DNA from: Camelus ferus
Lineage: Eukaryota
Length of the DNA stretch: 64,000 bases
Assembly (NCBI RefSeq): GCF_009834535.1
Contig: NC_045696.1
Coordinates: 56,732,001-56,796,000, forward strand
Direction of reading: 5' to 3'
In this document: positions 25,538 to 38,960 of the stretch, piece by piece
How positions within the stretch are numbered: the stretch's first letter is position 1
Layout of the letters: each line of letters opens with the position of its first letter
Notes under the pieces: model-generated
Told to the model about the DNA's origin: nothing
Databases searched by the model: none
The model's input: the letters and a program-made list of their open reading frames with translations, nothing else
Position numbers and translations under genes: made by a program

Positions 25538-27329
25538 TGCTATATTCCCTTTAGAAATCTTGGTCTTTTCCCCTCTGTTCCTTTCCTGTTTTGCTCAATA
25601 TTCATCTCTCATCCTCATTTTGAAGAAAACAGGAAATAAACATTTGGTGTGTGTATCAGAGGAGAAAGAGGGAAGTATTTCCGCTGTAATATTTATGCTC
25701 TGCCTGAATTGATAGTCACCACAGTTTTCATTCTAAACCCTGTGCTTTACAAAGCTATTCGATTTCTTGGTTGCTATTTGGAGGTTGATGGGATTTCTGA
25801 CCAATAAGGGGGTATCTGATGGGCTCCTATCTCCATTCTCATTTCAACAGGTCCTAGGTTTATAAACTAGATTATATTAGTAATTAGAGGGTATTTAGGA
25901 ATTAGATTTGAAGCCTTCTAGGCTTTACTTCTTCCCTGATAAAAAGTTCTTAACTCAAGTGTATGGGCAACTCTGCCACTGGGTAAAGAGTAATAGCTCC
26001 TAGATGAGTGTCCAGAAATTCTGGGCTCAGGAAATTAAGTCCAACAAGAATTGTTTTATCAGTGTTAATTCACACGTTAAAGCCAGTGATTTTCTTACTT
26101 CAGTTTATAGCTTTTCCCTCTCCCATCTCTCTTTTTCCTAAGGATTATAGATTCTCTGTATAGTTTCCATTTAGATTTTTACCTTTGGTGTTCTGGGGTT
26201 GAGCTCTACAAATGTTTGATGTTTGGTGTGTGTAGCTACTTTATTTTATTAAAGTAGAATAGCCTCGCTTTTTGCGCACTAGTCCCTGGTTTCAGAAACT
26301 TAATTAGGCAAAAGCAGCTATTTTATTTCCTGAAATAAGGGGGTCTTATGTAACCAAAATGAAGGTAATATGGGATGAAAGCCCTCAAATCAACAAAATA
26401 ACATCTTGTGGTTCATAAATACATATTTTAGATTTAGCTAGCTTCTGACCATATAAATAGACTTAGCATTTCTACTTCAGCAATCTCAACCACGGTGATT
26501 TAGTTAATGACATTTCTAAGTTAAATTTAGCAACATACATTCCCAAAATGGTGGGGGAGATTGTATTTTCTTTTTAGATGTTAAAGTTAGATGATATGGA
26601 AATAGGTTTATATTTTCCATTTTTAATTTAAAAATTATGTAGCCATAATGCCAGAGAAAATTTTGAAGAGAAAAAAAATTAACCACAAAACCACCAGCCT
26701 TTTGTGTATTACCTGTAATTACAGTCATAGCCAAGAATAATTTGTGATGTCTTGGTTCCTTAATGTATCAAACTTTCCTGTTTCTATTTAGTGTTCTAAA
26801 TATGTTTTAATAAATGTGATTTTTCTGCCCTGTTTTCCTTCTCATCTCTTTGGGGCACTTTGTGTTTTTGTTTTTGTTTTTTGGCTGATTTAGATATGAC
26901 ACTTCGAATATTTTTGTGTATATGGCATTTTATTCTTATTTTTTAAGCTTTTCCTTAAGGATTCTCAGCAGAGGAAATATTGGGTGAAAAAATAGTTTTA
27001 TAGCTTCTGTAAAAGCATGTAAGACACTGTGATTTTATTGTGGATGGTTAATTATTAACAAATAAAATTGTTAGGTGTTTGAATTAGACATAGTTTGGGA
27101 GCCCTTATTACTGAATTCATCTAGAGACGAGGGAATCTCATTTTAAATAAATTTTGAAATAAGTTAAATTTTTAAAAAATGGAATCTTAAAAATGTGTAT
27201 TTGATATAATCTTATAAATAGGAGTTTAGAGATTATCTAGTTTAACTCATCAAATAACGTGTGTGTGGGTACACATACACGTGCCTATGTTGTACTCTGG
27301 GGTTTGGAGGATCTTACAAAGAAGTGAGT

Positions 27330-27640
27330 AAGTGTAGGGCTATGTAAATGTCTAGGATGTTTTAGATTGAGTGCTAGAGAGGAATATGATACAGCTTTCA
27401 TGGAGATTCAGCTTTTGTGTGGCTCCATGGAAAAGACTTAAAGGCAGACAGATTTTAGAACTAGTGTAAAAGAAGTCTTTAATAAGTAACTCAAAGTGAA
27501 ATAAGTCTCTAATAAATTACTCTTAAAAATAGCCAACAGTGGAAATAGACCTCTTCTAGTGGTCAGTTCTGAGTCACTCAGCATATTTAAGTAAACTCTA
27601 TCTATTTGAGATATTCATTTCTAAGTTTGGGGTTAAATCA
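27330..27640 (+). mobile_element. CR1/L3 3' fragment
   Basis: agattttagaactagtgtaaaagaag...ccaacagtggaaatagac...gtcactcagcatatttaag resembles the L3 ORF2 end. Confidence 0.5.
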
Positions 27641-30600
27641 TCTTTCCTTGTGACTGCAGATAATGCTTTTTAGTTTGGACAGATCCACATATCTTCTTTA
27701 GACTGATCCCCATAACATTGAAATTCCTCTTCCATTTTTTTAACCTAACATTTTAATACTCTCAGGGTCCTATATCTGCGAGCCTCTTAAAGAATTATTA
27801 CCTTCATGTTTACCTTTATCAAGCAGGCTACTTTTTCCTGTCTTCATTTCTTTCTACTTGGGAGATGTCTTATAAACAGTGTTTTCAATTCCTGCAATGC
27901 TAAAAACACAAATAAACAAAAAGAAATCTTTCTAAGATTATTTTGCTCAGTTGGTGATTTGGAATCTTTGCCGGGGATGAGTTCATTAGAAAATTGTAGT
28001 GGAAGCTCAGAGGTATGGATTTTTGGGGGGACTGGTAATGGGGTGGGAGGAAAGTGATTATTAGAATAAGTTAAATAAAAACTAGTTATGGAAAGATAGT
28101 AAGGAACAAGTGTCTTCCCTCTTCTACCATTTGCTTTCCACCAAAACCTTTAAGGCTGATTTTTAAAAAAATTTGCTGCTTTTGATTTTCAGGATTTGCG
28201 AACTTAAAAAAAAAATCTGTGTTTTATCTTTTTTGTATTTTGATGCTGATTACCTAGGAATGAACTTATTTGTGAAGAATTGCTTTTTGATGCTGACATG
28301 CAACATTCCATTGATTATTGTCTTTCAAATAGTCATATTAAAACCACGTGCTTTTTGCTTGCTTGCTGTATGTTGAGGTGAATTTGATTTAGACTTAATT
28401 TAGAAAATTTATTACAAACTTTAGTATTCACCCGAGTATCATACTTCAATTTATTGTTTTCCCTCCCAGGCATAGTACATTTTTTTCCCCTTTATAATGA
28501 GTTCCAGAATCTAGTCATGATGCATAATTGGACCAAATCTAGATACATCTTTTAAGGAAGGACAGAAACCAATTTCACTGATAAATTGAGTTTTGGGAGT
28601 GGAGTTATGTTGTGTACATCATTAGTACATTTGCAATCTTCTGAATTTAAAAATACATTAAACTGCTTCTGTTTTTTTCTTTTTGTATGCAAATGAATAT
28701 TTTACAGTGCTAAGTATTCTGCAGTGAATTGCTGAAGGATGATTTTTCAAATTCCTTTTTATTATAGGTAAAATAATTGCATAATATATATAACTATGCT
28801 TCTCTCTTGTCTGTTATTGTTTTATAATAACAATTCCTTTTTTCTTACATTTCCCCTTGCCCAGTTAAACTGAAGAAACTTGCTGTATGAAATAAGTTTG
28901 GAAATTAGAATAAAGGATGACTTTTGAGACTTCAATATTTGACTTAACATTTTAATATATATACCCTTGAATGTTTTGAGTTATAAAAATTTTTACAAAG
29001 GACTTTATAGTGCTTTCAAAGAATATGCCAAGAATGTGTAACTTTTGCATATTAAGAGGGAGTTGAGTGCTTCTGGAGAATTCAAAATAACATTTGTTTT
29101 CTCTCTTCTAAAAATATGTAAGTAAGATATGAATGTAAACTTGATTAAGACTCAAATACTGAAAAAGTATGTAGCATAAAATGGCAAATCTAGTTTTTCT
29201 TCTCTGTGCTCTCCCACTCAGCCCAGTCCTACTCTTACCACCTTTCACTGTTGACAGTGCTTAAATTTTATGATTATTCTTCCAGATTCTTTACATCCCA
29301 AACCCCACCTAACTTTCCCTCCCCCATAAGCTCTTTTGGAATCTGAAAAAGCAAAGTGACTCTTAATAAATATTTTGTTGTCATACTGCTGTGGTTATTG
29401 ATGGCTGGCTAGCTTGTATTAGTATTGTAAGGGTTTTTCAGTGTTTATTATACTGGGTCCTTTTACATAATCAGTGTGTTCAGTGTCATATTCCGAGGGT
29501 TTTTTTGTTTGTTTGTTTGTATTTTTAAGCAAGGTTATAAGACAGCAAAGTGACAGTGTATCAGGATTCTAGAGCCCTGGCTGGCTTCCAGTGTTGGGCT
29601 ATGTTAGTAACTATTCCTTGTGCAAATCCTGTCATCATTGTAGGCCTTTTTTTTTTTAGGATATGTAAAATGGTAAGTTCAGTCTATTCTGTACCATATA
29701 TGATTTCTCTCAACTCTAATTTCAAAGCACCCTTTCATTTGGAGAGTAATTCACATTTTAAAAGTATAGAGAGGCTTGGGGTTGTTTTATCACTGTTTTA
29801 GGATAATGTTAGTCACTTCTGGTTAGTTTCAAAGCTTTGATTAGGAACTGAAACTCCTGGTTTTAGTAGTGTTCATATAGAAAATATCCTGTTTAATTAG
29901 GCCATCTTCAGAAATACATTGTGGCATAATGGAGAATAATATTTAGAATTTTTTGGCAGTCTTATTTTCCCCAGCTCCCTAGTTTACTCCCTTTTCTCAT
30001 ATATACATAATCCATAAAATATTCAGTGGGAGAGAAACCAGCATCCAAATATGATTACTAAGGTATTTATGGTGGTTAAATTTTTACAGAGTGGTAAAAT
30101 TAATTCCATATGTTAGTGATGTATCTTGAAGTTTTATAGTTTCCTCTTTATTTCACTAAAATCCTAGCAGTTCAAGTCTTAGTCATTTGATTTTAAATGG
30201 ATCTATGAATTGTCTTCTGTTTTATTTTGTTTTTTCTGGAATCTTTTTGAGTGATCTGTTTTGAATGTTCTATCCATTGTATATTTTGGAATGAAGAAGG
30301 AGGAAACACAATCCAAATAATATCTAATTATTTGGGGATTTGATTCATAATGTCATCTTTTTTTTCCCCTCAGTTATGATAAATTTCCAAAGCATTTTCT
30401 TTTTGTCCAACTAAAGAGGATAAACATTTTTTTTTTTCACTTTGGTTTTGCTTGTACTTATCCATTGTTCTCTTGATGGAATACTCACATAATTAAAATG
30501 AGTACCATGTTTGTTAATAAGTAAACAGTTAAATGGAAGACCTTGGCCAGTGTAATAGATACCACCTAAGTTTTCTTTCTGGGTTTAGCAAAAGAAAATG

Positions 30601-31659
30601 TTAAGTTTGAATTTTGTTGAACGTTACTGTTTGTTTTTTCTTTTGTTCCTAGTCCCTTCTCTCCATGCCTCTGATTCATTTTTGTTTTTACATGTCTTAT
30701 TTTGGGAGAAAGTTAAAATTGTGTGGATCTCTTTCTCCTTACCCTCCCTCCTTTTTCCCTCTCATTCCAACAAGTAAATCTTTATTTTTTCATTTTGAAG
30801 TGATAACTTACCTTAATTAGGAGAGTCCTGAGTCATAGAATTGAGACATTCACATACTACTGAATAGACAACGCTAAAATACAGTTTTAAAATATCTATT
30901 TTTAAAAGATCTTTTTTTCTCCCTATTTTCATTGCCTGTTATCTACATCTGGATGAATTTTGATCCTTCTGGCAGACCTGAAACATTAAGACCTAGCTAA
31001 GTAAATACCAGGCATGTGATACACATTTAATGTTTGTTAAATAAATTTTTTCCTACAAATCCTCTCTCCTGCTCCGTATTTTTAAAAAATTAGAGCCTAT
31101 GAATATACATAGGGAAAGGATGTGTAATTCAGGATGGTACAGGAAATTTAGTCTTTTGAGTCAGAAAAATTTATGTTTGATTTCAGCCGTAATGATTTTT
31201 GTTTTTAAGCTGTGACCTGGTAAACTTAACTTCTTTGAGTCTTTCCCTCATGTGTTAGATTGGATGATACTGTTGCACAGACTTGACCATGATGAATATG
31301 TGGGAATATTTGTAAAGTAGCTTTTCTTAGTTTTTTTCTGGCTTATGGATGTATATGATCAAACAAATATGTTACCATTGAATTCTTTTCTCCTTATATC
31401 ATCATTTGTCAAGCTTTGCCTAAAGAATGCTTGTAGCCTACATTTTCTCTCTGCTGCCACATTCTTGAATCTAGTTTGCACATTCTCCCTTATGTGGCTT
31501 CTTGATCTTATGTTTGGCAAGGGAAAGATGGTAAAGCACTCTGAGTTTCCATTCCAATTTCTTCTCTTATTCTTGAGTAGTATATTCTGTGCACACTACT
31601 TAGCACAGGGTGGTCCAGTTTCAAAAAGAGTTGGGATATTTATCATATTGATTTCTTAA

Positions 31660-31830
31660 CAGCAGCTCTTCACCAGGGGTATGCATTAGAATTCTTTGTG
31701 GAACTTTCAAAATTTACATCCCTGGCCCCCATTCCAGACCTGTTGAATCAGCATCTTTGGGGCAGGGCTGGGGTATTAATTAAAAATTCTTCCAGTGATG
31801 TTCATACATTCAGTTAAGAATTGGCTTATT
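31660..31830. mobile_element. MER5-type MITE
   Basis: gcattagaattc...ggcccccattccagacctgttgaatcagcatctttggggcagggc. Confidence 0.65.
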
Positions 31831-32650
31831 GGAAGACCATCTTAAGCCACTAAGGCAGATTAATATTTATATATTTATTTGGATAACCTCATGTTCTTCT
31901 CCAGAATTCTTTAATCACTTTCCTGTTACTAAAGAATAAAGTCAAAATGAAGCTTGACATTGAAGTTATGGCCACTGTAGTTTATCCTGTTGATTCTGAT
32001 TTTTACCATTCTTTTTGATAACTATATTCCTAGTAGTCTGATATTGCAGTTTACTATTATTTTCAACCACTTACTTCTTTTATAATCATCTAGAATGTCC
32101 TGTTCTCTTCCCCCATTCCTTGGTCTCTTTAACAACTGCTTTTCTTCTAAATTTTATCTCAAAAGGCACACCTTCTCCATAAACCTGTAGAGCCCTCAAC
32201 TAGAAGTCATATTCCTTCTTTGAACTGCAGAACACTTATGTGCTTTATTTTTGCACTGATCTTAGATCATGTTTATCTCCAGATACCTTTCATCTCTATT
32301 AAACTTTAAGCTTCTTGGTGACAGACTCTGTGTCTGTATGTGTTGCACTCATACCACTCAGTAGAGTGGAACTTTGTTGTACCAAGTATGTGCTGAGCCC
32401 CACCCCACCTTCTGGTTTTAGGAAAATTGATTTGCATTTTTATAATGTTTAGTGAAATTTATAAAAATGCTCCTCATATGTTAAGCTAGTCTTAAGTAAT
32501 TTTCCATAAAATATAAAATTTCTTATTTTTCTTGGACTCCAGACCTGCCTTTTGACAGGCTGCTCCTTGTTTACAACTTGTGTTTTTGTGACATAGGACT
32601 CAGATGTCAGGTCAGCTTTTCCTCATGTAATGTTTGCCAGACATGGTTGT

Positions 32651-33159
32651 TGTTGGGAGACAGTTCTCCATGGGTCTCTCACAAGTTATACTTCTGCAAA
32701 CAGAGATACTGACTGGCTGCCTTTTTTTCTGGACTGTATTTTTCAAGGATATTTATATGTGATCAGCCTTGAAAGATAGAGGTATTATTTCTCTCCAGAG
32801 CAAAAGGCAGGTTTGCTTGCTGTTCAGTGTGATAAAAGTATCTCCCTCCAGAGCAAAGGACAAGCATGTTTATGCCGATTATTAAAGGTTTAGGTTCGTT
32901 AAGCTCAGGGTTTCTTTCCTATAACATGACCCACCACATGTATAGTTGTCACCTGGCTGTCTTTGTTACCCTATGGGAATTGAGGCTCGAGGAATTGGCA
33001 CAAAACCTGACACTGGCTGCTGCTGTTGCCGTGAGTAATAAAGCTCTTTTCTCCGACCTAGGAGTCTTGTATCTTTCTTCAGCATCCATGGAACTGTGGT
33101 AGGATAATTTTTTAGCTTACAAGTAGGGTAAAATCTCAGGCCCTTCACAGTTTTTGACA
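32651..33159 (+). mobile_element. Solo ERVL-class LTR (LTR40-like)
   Basis: TG...CA termini (tgttgggagacag...tttttgaca), near-identical 5-bp flanks GTTGT/GTTAT, internal AATAAA at 33037-33042. 509 bp. Confidence 0.8.
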
Positions 33160-34160
33160 GTTATATGAAAGCCACTCTTTTCAGAACTGCAAAATGGGCC
33201 CTCTACAATTAACTCTTACTAAGTCTTAATCTACCTTAAGCCTGGGTCTCTGGAAAAATACCTAGATGAGGCTAGAATTCAGGTTTCTTATGACTACACT
33301 GTGTTTTTTCCCCTTCTTATTTTTTTTTTAATGAAACAAAATTTACTCAAATTTAAGACTGTCATTCTGTGATTGTTCTTCTATGAAATGATGTTAACAG
33401 TGATCTCTTTTTCTCTTTCTTTTCCCAAAATAAGAGCATTGCTGTGTTATATGGATGAGCTACACTGACAAGCATGTTGATTTGTTTACTTAACTCTGAA
33501 GTTTGGATTGTATGTTCTCTTCAAGAGAAAAATGGGGCACTTGGGAGGACAATTTTTGATTAAGTATAACATGACAATTTCAATGATAAGTAACCTAATA
33601 AACTAGATAGAGCATAAAACATAGTGTGTTAGATAGTGACAAATGTTAAGGAAAAAGAAAGGACAGGACAGTGTTGAAATTTTAGGTAATGCTGGCTAGG
33701 GAAGCCCTCTTGGAGATGACTTCTGAGTAAAGATCTGAAGTAAGTTAGAAGACTAGCCATTTAACTGGAGGAAAAGCCTTCTGGGCAGAGAAAGTAACAA
33801 GAACAAAGGCTCTGCAGCAAAGTGTGCCTGGTACAGGACATTGAGGAGGCTGATTTGTAATGCTTTGAAGACATAATGAGAGGATTATAGTGTTGCCCTT
33901 TGCTTAGCTGTCTTTTTGTGCTTCAGCCAGAGCGCTTGCTTTTATGTTTATATCTTAGGTACTTCTTCACCAAGGAATGGGATTTCTTCCTTTGAAAATA
34001 ATTTGAAAACTACTGAACTGGATAACTTTTCTTCTGCAGTGTTCTCTAGTTCTCCTTGACAGTCTCTGTGAGTGCTCATCTTTAAGCAGTCAACACGAGT
34101 CCCACGTCAGTGTGTTTTTAATTCAGCTGGTATTTGAGAGCTGTATTAAACTTGACTTTA

Positions 34161-34634
34161 CAGACGTACCTCGTTTTATTGTGCTTTGCTTTATTGCACA
34201 TTGCAGATAAACTGGGTTTTTTACAAATTGAAGTTTGTGGCAAGCCTGCATGGAACAAGTCTGTTGGCGCCATTTTTCCAACAGCATTTGCTCATTTTAT
34301 GTTTCTCTGTCACATTTTGATAATTCTTGCAATGTTTCAAGCCTTTTTTTTTTTGTTATGGTTATCTGGGATCATTGATCTTGGGTGTTACTACTACAGT
34401 TCACTGAAGGCTCAGATGATGGTTAGCATTTTTTAACAGTAAAGAATTTTCTAACCAAAGTTTATATATTTTCTTAGATATAATGCTGTTGCATAGTTAG
34501 TAGACTACAGTATAGTGCAAACAACTTTTATATGCACTGGGAAACCAAAACATTTGTGTGACTTACTTTATTGTGATATTCACTTTATTGTGGTGATCTG
34601 GAACTGGACCCACAATATCTTTGAGGTATGCCTA
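34161..34634 (+). mobile_element. Internally deleted Tigger1 DNA transposon
   Basis: Both terminal inverted repeats present (cagacgtacctc / gaggtatgccta) with TA on each side; Tigger1 5' sequence gttttattgtgctttgctttattgc. Confidence 0.88.
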
Positions 34635-35194
34635 TATATGACTTATGCTTTAACACCCACATGGATTATATTCTTTATATTTTTGTTGAAGAGAAGAGAC
34701 TGAGGCAGACTGGAATAGTTAGGGAATACCTTAGGACAGTATAGAAATTAAAATCTCTTTAGTCAAGGTCTCTAATTACCCCTTGTTACTAAATATAAAA
34801 GCTGATTTTCAATTCTTGTTGCCATTGAAAAATTAGCACCATACCATTTCCTCCTTGAAACACCATCCTATCCCTCTGGTTGTACCATTTCTGTATATCA
34901 AGGATTCCTCTTACCTTAGGTTTATACCTTGACTGTTTATGCTTCACACTGTCCTTGATTTCTGTATACTCTGATCTATTCTGTGGCTTCAATTACCATC
35001 TATATGTTGTTGATTCTTATATAATTTCTAGTCTTAAATCCCACTCTTGATCTCTAAGCAGTTGTAATAAAATTGGCTTCAAGCATATCCATTTTGATGG
35101 CTGGTGGGCAGTATGGATTCAGATATTTTAAAGCAACTTTAGAAAGGAAAAATAACTTGTTCTTCCTCTTTCTTTATTTTGTAAAGAATCTTTA

Positions 35195-35751
35195 TGCTGA
35201 TGCCCATTAGTCAAAGACCATCAGGTACATGCCCATAGTAAACAAAATTGGGTTTGTTGATGCTTTCTGTAAAAAGGAAACCACATATGGTAGGGAACCC
35301 ATGAGGTGTCTCAGCAAGACTATGCTGGACAAATTTAGAGAATTTGGGCTTTTTAAAGGTTATTTGCTGGAGGACTCAAGGAATTGGTGGGGATTTGCTA
35401 TGAATTAGGTACTGTCGAGAAGTGAAGATAATTCTATGATTGGTTATCTTAATAAATCTTATTTGAGAAGTGAGAAAACCAGAGTGAGGCTAAAACTGTA
35501 ATTGATAAAGAAGCAGCAATCACTCGTGTTAGCTGGGATTTTTCTTGTGGTTCTACAGATACCTTGCTTTTGTCTGTATTCAGACAGACTCAGACTCACA
35601 CTGACTTGGTTTTGCCTCACTTCCATCTTGGTATCAGAGGACCTTATCTGATGTTGGTGATCTGTGAGATTCTGTTTGACAGAAAAGCATCATAACTTAG
35701 CTGTGAGTGCTGGGCTACCTCCTACCTATGAGGGGCTGCTTTTCCCTCTCA
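35195..35751 (-). mobile_element. Probable solo ERV LTR, family not assigned
   Basis: About 557 bp bounded by TG...CA with LTR-like composition. Boundaries, orientation and TSD are uncertain. Confidence 0.5.
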
Positions 35752-36109
35752 CTTATTTGGAATAGATGTAAAGATGAGGTAGCATTTGGATAGCAGGAAG
35801 ATTGAGAGTATTTAGAGAGAGTATATGAATAAAGAATTGACATGTTACTGGCTGTTCACATGTGAGAGGCAGTAAAGAAACTTACTCTGAGGTACATGAG
35901 TAGAATCTAATTTTGAAGCAGAGGTGTCTAGTTTGTTCGTTCCTTATTAGGGGAAGAGGGTTGGGGTGGGGTTATGTATCAATTACATAATGGGCTTTTT
36001 AAAACATACTTATGTTGTGCCAGATACTAAGTACCTTTAAGTTAATAGGGTGAGGAAGGATGCATATCCCTGGTATTGGGAATAAAAAACAAACTGGAGA
36101 TCCAAGTGG

Positions 36110-36340
36110 TGCTAGTGGTGTTAAATAATGTTTAAGAGTGTGGGTTTCAGCATAATAGACTGGGTTTGAATCCTGCCCTCACCTCCCAATTAGTAGTGAT
36201 ATGATCTTAAGCAAGTTACTTAACCCCTTAGAACCTCTGTATTTTGCAGATTTAAGTGGGAAGTAATGATAATACCATCCTCATATGACTGCGATACTTG
36301 GTATTTAGTAAGCACTCGGTATACAACAGCTGCTGTTATT
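36110..36340 (+). mobile_element. MIR SINE
   Basis: gactgggtttgaatcctg...gatcttaagcaagttacttaacc. Confidence 0.75.
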
Positions 36341-37422
36341 ACTTTTCTCTTATTGGTTACATGCCTTTGGACAAATCACAGAACTCAGAGCCTCAGTTCT
36401 GACATCATTTTTCAGGATTGGTCAAAAGGATCAAAAAACATACGTGGTAGCATTTTGGAAACAAAGCAGTGTACAAATAAAATAAATGTTAATGTCTAGT
36501 ATATTGTCTCTCAAATATTTGAATTTACTTGAGAAGTAAAGGACTGTGGTTAGGTTATGATATTTTTGGGCCAAGTTATACAGGGTCTTGAACGTTAGAA
36601 TGAGAAATTTGATGCCATGGACTTTAGAAGTTCAGCTATCAGATAGATTTTCAAGCAGGGGGATAAGATGATAAAAATTGTTGCATAGGAAACTTGGAAT
36701 TGGAGAGGGAGAGCCTAAAGGTTCAAAGACCAGATTTAGGAAGCTAATTTCAGGCTAAGTAATAATGGTGTCCCAGATTAGTGAAATGATAATAGAAGTG
36801 AAAAATCTGAGATGTTTCTAAGGAATTACTACGGTTTAATTACAAGTTGAATGTGAAGAATATAGAAATAAGAACAATAAAGTCTTCCTGAACTTTAATT
36901 TTGGAAATGAGTTAGTTAAATTTGTTTAGATATAAATAGTTAATATGTTTGAAGAAATAGCCTTGTGACAATGCACAGGATGACCGGAGACTTTTGGTTT
37001 TAGGTATTTATTTGGCTTTCCCTGTAACGTAGACCCAAATATGTAATGTCCAAAAAGAAAACTGTTGGGAAAGGATACAGTTTTTGGTGGTAAACTGTAA
37101 AGAATTTGGTTTTAAGTTTAACCAAAGTTAAAATAAGTATAACTCTGTTAGAAATGTTGTGATTAAAATCTGTTTGCTGTGCTGCAGTTAGGGGTGAAAT
37201 TACCTTGAATGCTTCAAAAAAATGATAGATGGAAAGATACATGATCAATCAAATACAGAAAAATGTTAATTGTAGAATCTCAGTGGTGGGCACATGGATG
37301 TTCACTATAAAATTCTTTCATCTTTTCCACATTTTTAGAAGTTTCAGTACTAAAATATTGTAGAGAGAGTGGAAATACAAATTGTTTGCTGAAGGCTAGT
37401 TTTGAGAATTTCTCTTTCCTGA

Positions 37423-37650
<228 letters not shown>

Positions 37651-38554
37651 TGAGTGTAGACCCTGTGCTCCTACCAAGAACACTTTTAGGCTTGCCAATG
37701 TTTTTAACTACCTGTCCTTTGGAGAGCAGGTTTGGGTAAGTAAGTTACCAGGAGACTAAATACTATGAAGTTACACAGATTATAAGCTCTGCCCCACTTG
37801 TTTTATTAACTTGTGCCTGTGATGGAATTTGTTTGTACTGAATGCAGAACAGTGTGGGCCTCAGGCAAAGATCTTTAAATAGTCATTTGACTTTAAGTAC
37901 TCACTCAGCTTGGGCCTGCTGCAGCTCAGCCAATTGTTAGCTAGTCCTAAATTGGTTGTGCCTCTTGGGGATATCTGAATTTTCCCAGCCAAGTTCTGAA
38001 GCCTGAAGGCCTTTAAAGAATACAGAATCACTTTTTTGTTTGTTTTTGTTTTTGAAGCATTTTAACCACACATTTCTTGCCTTCTTTAGTTTTAAATGCA
38101 ACTTTCTTGAAAGCGAAGTATAGTAGGTGTTACCTATGGGTTAATACTTCTTACTATGGCTCTCTATTTTTATCAGTGTACCCTAATATTTGAATTGCAG
38201 AGGCAGCCTTAGTTTTGCCGTGCCATAAAAAGTGGTTTATATTCTTTTTCTGAAAAGCATAAATGAGAATTGAGGTCAGGGGGGCTTTCCTCTTCTACCC
38301 TTTTTCTTTCTTCTTCCCAGTGTCAAGCTGAGGGTCTAGAGTTTATACCCACCTACTCCCTTCCATAGAAGTTGTAATTGTATAGATATTGGGAACCCTC
38401 TTAGTATTTTCTGCCCTCTGGTACTGATGTTTCAGAAAAGCTAGTTCTGGGCAGTCCTGAGCAAATTGAATTTCTTTTTGGTCGTTAAAAACAATCCAGT
38501 TATACAGAAAGTTTTGTACCTGTTCAGGTTATCATGATTTTTTTTTTCCTAGTA

Positions 38555-38960
38555 TCTGTGTCAGTTAAGATGCCTTCATGATAATAGAAAACCCACTAGA
38601 AATAGCTTGAACAGTAAGAAAAACCTTCTAGGGTGACCAGAAGTCCTGAGGTAGCACAACTAGGATTAATTTCACAGCTCAGTTACATCTTCAAGGATCA
38701 ACATTTGTTCCATGCTCACTTTGCTGAACTCAGCCTGTTGGTTGTCCTCTTGGGACCATGAGGGGAGCTAGCCCAAGATGGCCATGTCTTTCTAGATATC
38801 ACATGTAGATGAAAATGTTCAGTTGCAGAAAATGGGACCATCCCTTCCTTGTGTCCTACTTGAAGATGGAAGAAAACTTTCTCAGGGGGCCACCTTCATC
38901 CTACCCTACCCCCAATGTGGCATCTTTGTCTGGTTACTGATCCGCAAATAATTAAATTCT
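38555..38960 (-). mobile_element. MLT1-type MaLR LTR fragment
   Basis: tgtcagttaagatgc...agaaaacccact...ccaagatggcc...gaagaaaactttctcag. Confidence 0.6.
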
